Assembly (NCBI GenBank): GCA_964016885.1
Contig: OZ024742.1
Location: 282,596,001 to 282,660,000, forward strand
Direction of reading: 5' to 3'
From: Eledone cirrhosa
Lineage: Eukaryota
DNA: 64,000 nucleotides
Notes under the pieces: model-generated
Seen by the model: only the letters and a program-made list of their open reading frames with translations
Database searches by the model: none
What the model was told of the DNA's origin: nothing
Shown here: one piece after another, positions 56,564 through 64,000 of the stretch
Layout of the letters: each line of letters opens with the position of its first letter
Position numbering within the stretch: position 1 is the stretch's first letter
Program-made: the position numbers and the translations under genes

Positions 56564-57110
56564 GCACAGATTAAAAGTTTTTACATATATATAAATTTAT
56601 CGAACCAGACAAATTGAATTTGTCATATATACATATATATGTGTATATATATATATATATATATAAGGCAGTGCGCCAACATTGCCGTGACTGTCATATC
56701 TAAACTAAAAGTTATGCACATATATGTGTGTGTGTGCATATATACATACATATATATATATATATATAATAAATAAATAAATAAAAAATATATATATATA
56801 TATATGTGTGTCGCACAATTGTGACTAGAATATAGCAAAATAATTGTTTCTGATTTAGGGGAATATACAACCACACATAGATACATGTACTTTCTCTCTC
56901 TATCTAGCTATAAATATATATACTTGTTTCTTACACACCTTAAAGTGCCGTTAAAGTTGTTGCTGATCCTACAAAAACATCATAAGCCCCGAAAACCCTA
57001 AAAGTTAAACTATGTTAAAGCGCCTTCCCACTCAAAAAAATGTTTTTATACACATGTGTGTATATACTTACCTATAAAACTTTATATATAAAGGTATCTC
57101 TCTCTTACAC

Positions 57111-57167
<57 letters not shown>

Positions 57168-59121
57168 AAGAGAGAGATACCTATAGAGATATATATACAC
57201 ACACACACTCACACATTTTTATTCACAAACTTTTATATGAGAGTAAATTTGCACGCTATCATGCGTATAAGAATTTATGTATACACTCATACACACACAT
57301 ACACAAATACATATATTTATATATATATATGTATATATATATTTCTTTTTATGTATAACAATAAAGTACAGAAATATTTTTTCAAAGAAACAGTTGACAG
57401 TGACACCGAAGTTTCGTCTGTTTCGGTATATGCATATAGAGAGGGGGCAGACAGATATACATACTTAATAGTTAATTTATATTTGAAAAGGGATAGAGAG
57501 AGTGACGGAGTGTGAGAGTGTGTGTTTCTTTTTAACCATGTAGTAATGGTGAGGGAAGACATATGTGTGTGCTTAATACCTTTATTGTCTTAAGACTGTT
57601 GCACGGACCTGAGAAAGTAATGAGGACATGGGGCTACGCTGGAAGGTCTGCTAAGTTGATTGCTGTACAGGTAGTTAGATAGAGTACAGACAAGGTGAGA
57701 TAAATTAGATAGTTAGATATAGATATTTAGACAGATTAATGTAAATAAACTTATTGCTGGACCTCCATCGGCTCCGATGACAAGTTTTCCAATTAATACA
57801 ATCAACGGAATAACCTACTCGTGAAATTAACCTGCTAGTGGTTGAGTATTCCGTGGACATATATACCTCGAACGTAGTTCGAAGCGAGATGCAACATGAC
57901 ATAGTGTGTGGCAATTTGGGTTCTTTGAATTACAGCTATAACTAAATGGACTGGAGCAATGTAAAATAGTGTCTTGCTCAAGGACATTACGTACCGTGTA
58001 AATAAATAGAAATAACTAAATATATGGAAAACTATATCCGTTTTATTGGTTTCTGTCATTGAACTGCGACTATGTCGGGAAAATCGCTTTGAAGGGCCTT
58101 TCATCTTTTGTCGGTCGTATATCGATTTTCTATTTGTCTCTGTTTGTCGAATGGTTAGGTTATGGAATGGGACAAAATGCGAGACAATAACATAAACAAG
58201 ACAGGTTTTTAACTTGTAAATATAAACATTAACAGGGACACAAACAAGAACACTTTCACTTATTTGCATGGGTTTCTGAAGTTTCCATCTGCCAATTTCC
58301 TCTCAGATCCCGAGGCTATTGTAAAATGTTAGACATGTACTGAGATCGAACCCGGAACCACGTGGTTATGAAGAGAATTTCTCACCCAAGCAACGATGCC
58401 CAGACGCGCACACATACATATGTCTATAGATACAGACAGAGACAGATAGACAAGCATATAAGAGAAAGACGTATGAGAGAGGGAGACAGACACACGGATA
58501 TAAATATGCGATGTAAGATCTTGAGAGAGAGACTGAGGTAGACAGTCAGACAGGATAATATATAAGAGACGATGGAGAGAGAATAGAGGGATTTATAACA
58601 GATAGTTGTGAGAGAGAGAGAGAGAGAGAGAGACAAACACAGTGAGCGATAGAGAACAAGAAAGACATCTATAGCTTACAGTAAAAGATAATAGAGAGAA
58701 AGAGGGCGAGTAAGAGATAGAAAGAATGGAGAACGAGTGTAAATGAGAGAGAAGGAGGTGGATGGGTGTTTGAAAGAGAGGGAGAGTAAGAAAGTCATCT
58801 ACAATATACCAACATAAGTTGGTGATAGAGAGAAAGGGATTAAGAGATAAAAAAGATAGAGAACAAGAGAAATAGAGAGAGAAAGAGATAACTTACAAGA
58901 GATAGTGTGATAAAAATTACTTCTAGATAAATTCCAGTCTTTTGCTCAGCTTAACAGAAAAATACTGCATCATTCACGCACGCACACACACATACACGCG
59001 CATTTTTACATACACACACACACATAAGTAAATGTTAACTCGACAAAGACGTGTGTGTGTGTACATATATATTTGGGTGTGTGTATGTGGGTTTACAGTT
59101 CGATATATATATATATATATA

Positions 59122-59388
59122 TATTAATTCAAGATATTAACAAAAATAGAACTTCTTGTGATCAAGTATATTTTATTATACATATATGTATAATAAAATA
59201 TACTTGATCATAAGAAGTATATATATACATATATGTATAATAAAATATACTTGATCACAAGAAGTTATATTTTTGTTAATATTTTGAATTAATATTAATA
59301 ACTCCGGAAAACCAAACTGTTGAGTGCTTCCAATCTATTGTAAAACTAATTCTTTGATTTATTCATTGAACCTTGTTTAACCTTTAAC

Positions 59389-59390
<2 letters not shown>
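59122..59390 (+). mobile_element. Family C-related fold-back remnant with a TTGAGTGC tail (tail also at 21622-21715)
   Basis: Nested palindromes centred on TATACATATATGTATA, followed by AACTCC..AACTGTTGAGTGCTTC. Confidence 0.7.
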
Positions 59391-59426
<36 letters not shown>

Positions 59427-59448
59427 TATGTCGTGTGTATATATATAT

Positions 59449-59501
<53 letters not shown>

Positions 59502-59578
59502 TTTAATATTGTGATTCGTTAGCTAACAAAGCAACAATGTGTATACAGAAACGCGTAGCTATACATGTGCATGCACGT

Positions 59579-59635
<57 letters not shown>

Positions 59636-59705
59636 TGGAAACATGTTATATATAGCTGACGGCATAACAAAACACGTATACAGCATATATATATATATAT
59701 ATATA

Positions 59706-59892
59706 AATGACTTCTACAGGACTAGAACTGTTTCATTCGTATGAAATCATCTAGTTTTCATACGAATGAAACAGTTCTAGTCCCGTAGAAGTCATTTCTA
59801 TTCTCTTTATATATAATAAAGATATCTATACTCTACCGATGTATTGAGTACCTTTTTAACTGTGGTTACCTCCCGACACAATTCAGAAACCT
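59706..59892 (+). mobile_element. Family D fold-back element with a 5'-truncated HHR
   Basis: About 40-bp arms. Minus strand reads GATGA T TTC ATAC GAA T GAAAC A GT T CTAG. TATTGAGTACC tail. Confidence 0.7.
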
Positions 59893-59919
59893 ACATATAT
59901 ATATATATATATAATATAT

Positions 59920-60106
59920 AATTGTTTCTACTTTTGGCACAAGGCCAGCAATAACCCAGTGCATTACTGGTACTTTATTTTATCGACCCCGTAAGGATGA
60001 AAGGCAAAGTTAACCTTGGCGGGATTTGAACTCAGAATAGCAAGAGCCGTAACTCTATGCGTCAAAGCATGGCGTCCGACCCTCTACCGATACTGCCAAT
60101 CCACCG
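59920..60106 (-). mobile_element. Family A SINE
   Basis: Full-length match to family A. Confidence 0.9.
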
Positions 60107-60324
60107 TGTGTATGTGTGTATACAGACACACTCATACATACATATATTTCACATATTTATACATACGCATTTACCTGTCCTAGCCGTGGTATTAGCGGCT
60201 GTAATACACACATGCATTCATACATACACGCGCACAGCGATAGTTGTTGCATGCCGACCGAACTGTAAACCCATATACACACATTCAAACATATATGTAC
60301 ATACACACACACACACACACACAC

Positions 60325-60755
60325 ACATCTTTGTCGAGCTAACATTGACTTACACACATGTATATACATACATAGATTCACACACACATCTTTGTCGAGC
60401 TAACATTGACTTACACACATGCATATACACACACACACACACACACACATCTTTGTCGAGCTAACATTGACTTACACACATGCATATACATACATAGATT
60501 CACACACACATCTTTGTCGAGCTAACATTGACTTACACACATGCATATACATACATAGATTCACACACACATCTTTGTCGAGCTAACATTGACTTACACA
60601 CATGCATATACATACATAGATTCACACACACATCTTTGTCGAGCTAACATTGACTTACACACATGCATATACATACATAGATTCACACACACATCTTTGT
60701 CGAGCTAACATTGACTTACACACATGCATATACATACATAGATTCACACACACAT
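60325..60755. repeat. 61-bp minisatellite, about 7 copies
   Basis: CATCTTTGTCGAGCTAACATTGACTTACAC recurs with a period of about 61. Confidence 0.95.
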
Positions 60756-61074
60756 ACAAAGATTCACACATACATAGATTAGTACCTACTCGTGTGTAAT
60801 TTCACACACATGTTGCCCTTTAGTGTATAAACTATCGTACGTTCAAACGCATGCAAACGTGTAAAACACGCAAATACACACAGATCCTCGCACTCGCACA
60901 CCTGTTCGTTGTTTTTAAATGCATACATATATATAAATATACATACATGTGTGTGTGTTTGTTATATGTGAACGTATATATATACACACACACACGCACA
61001 TACATACATATACAAGCGTATTTTATATATATATATATATATATATACCTGTGTATGTGTTAGTTATATGTGAA

Positions 61075-64000
<2,926 letters not shown>

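Overview
This is an AT-rich, microsatellite-saturated animal genomic window with no host gene that I can support. Nearly all ORFs in the track are translations of (TA)n, (CA)n, (GA)n or (CAC)n repeats. The SINE types and the microsatellite load suggest an octopod cephalopod (inference). Recognisable content: a near-complete but disrupted Penelope-like retroelement (PLE; RT, Cys-linker and C-terminal GIY-YIG, Neptune-type) at 21.85-25.93 kb, further PLE fragments, CRE-like and Hero-like LINE remnants, Helitrons (one with RepHel fragments), MITEs, many tRNA-derived SINEs (several with clear TSDs) and large minisatellites. The main signal is in the short 'unique' islands between (TA)n tracts. By eye I find about 14 complete type I hammerhead ribozyme (HHR) cores plus several broken ones, belonging to at least 7 sequence families. 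They sit in short non-coding inserts built as an inverted partial copy plus a sense copy plus a 3' tail, sometimes as 312-bp or about 430-bp tandem units, and several families share a TTGAGTRC tail motif. This looks like a set of TA-targeting, HHR-carrying, non-autonomous PLE/retrozyme-like elements. All structures were read by hand, with no folding software or database search.
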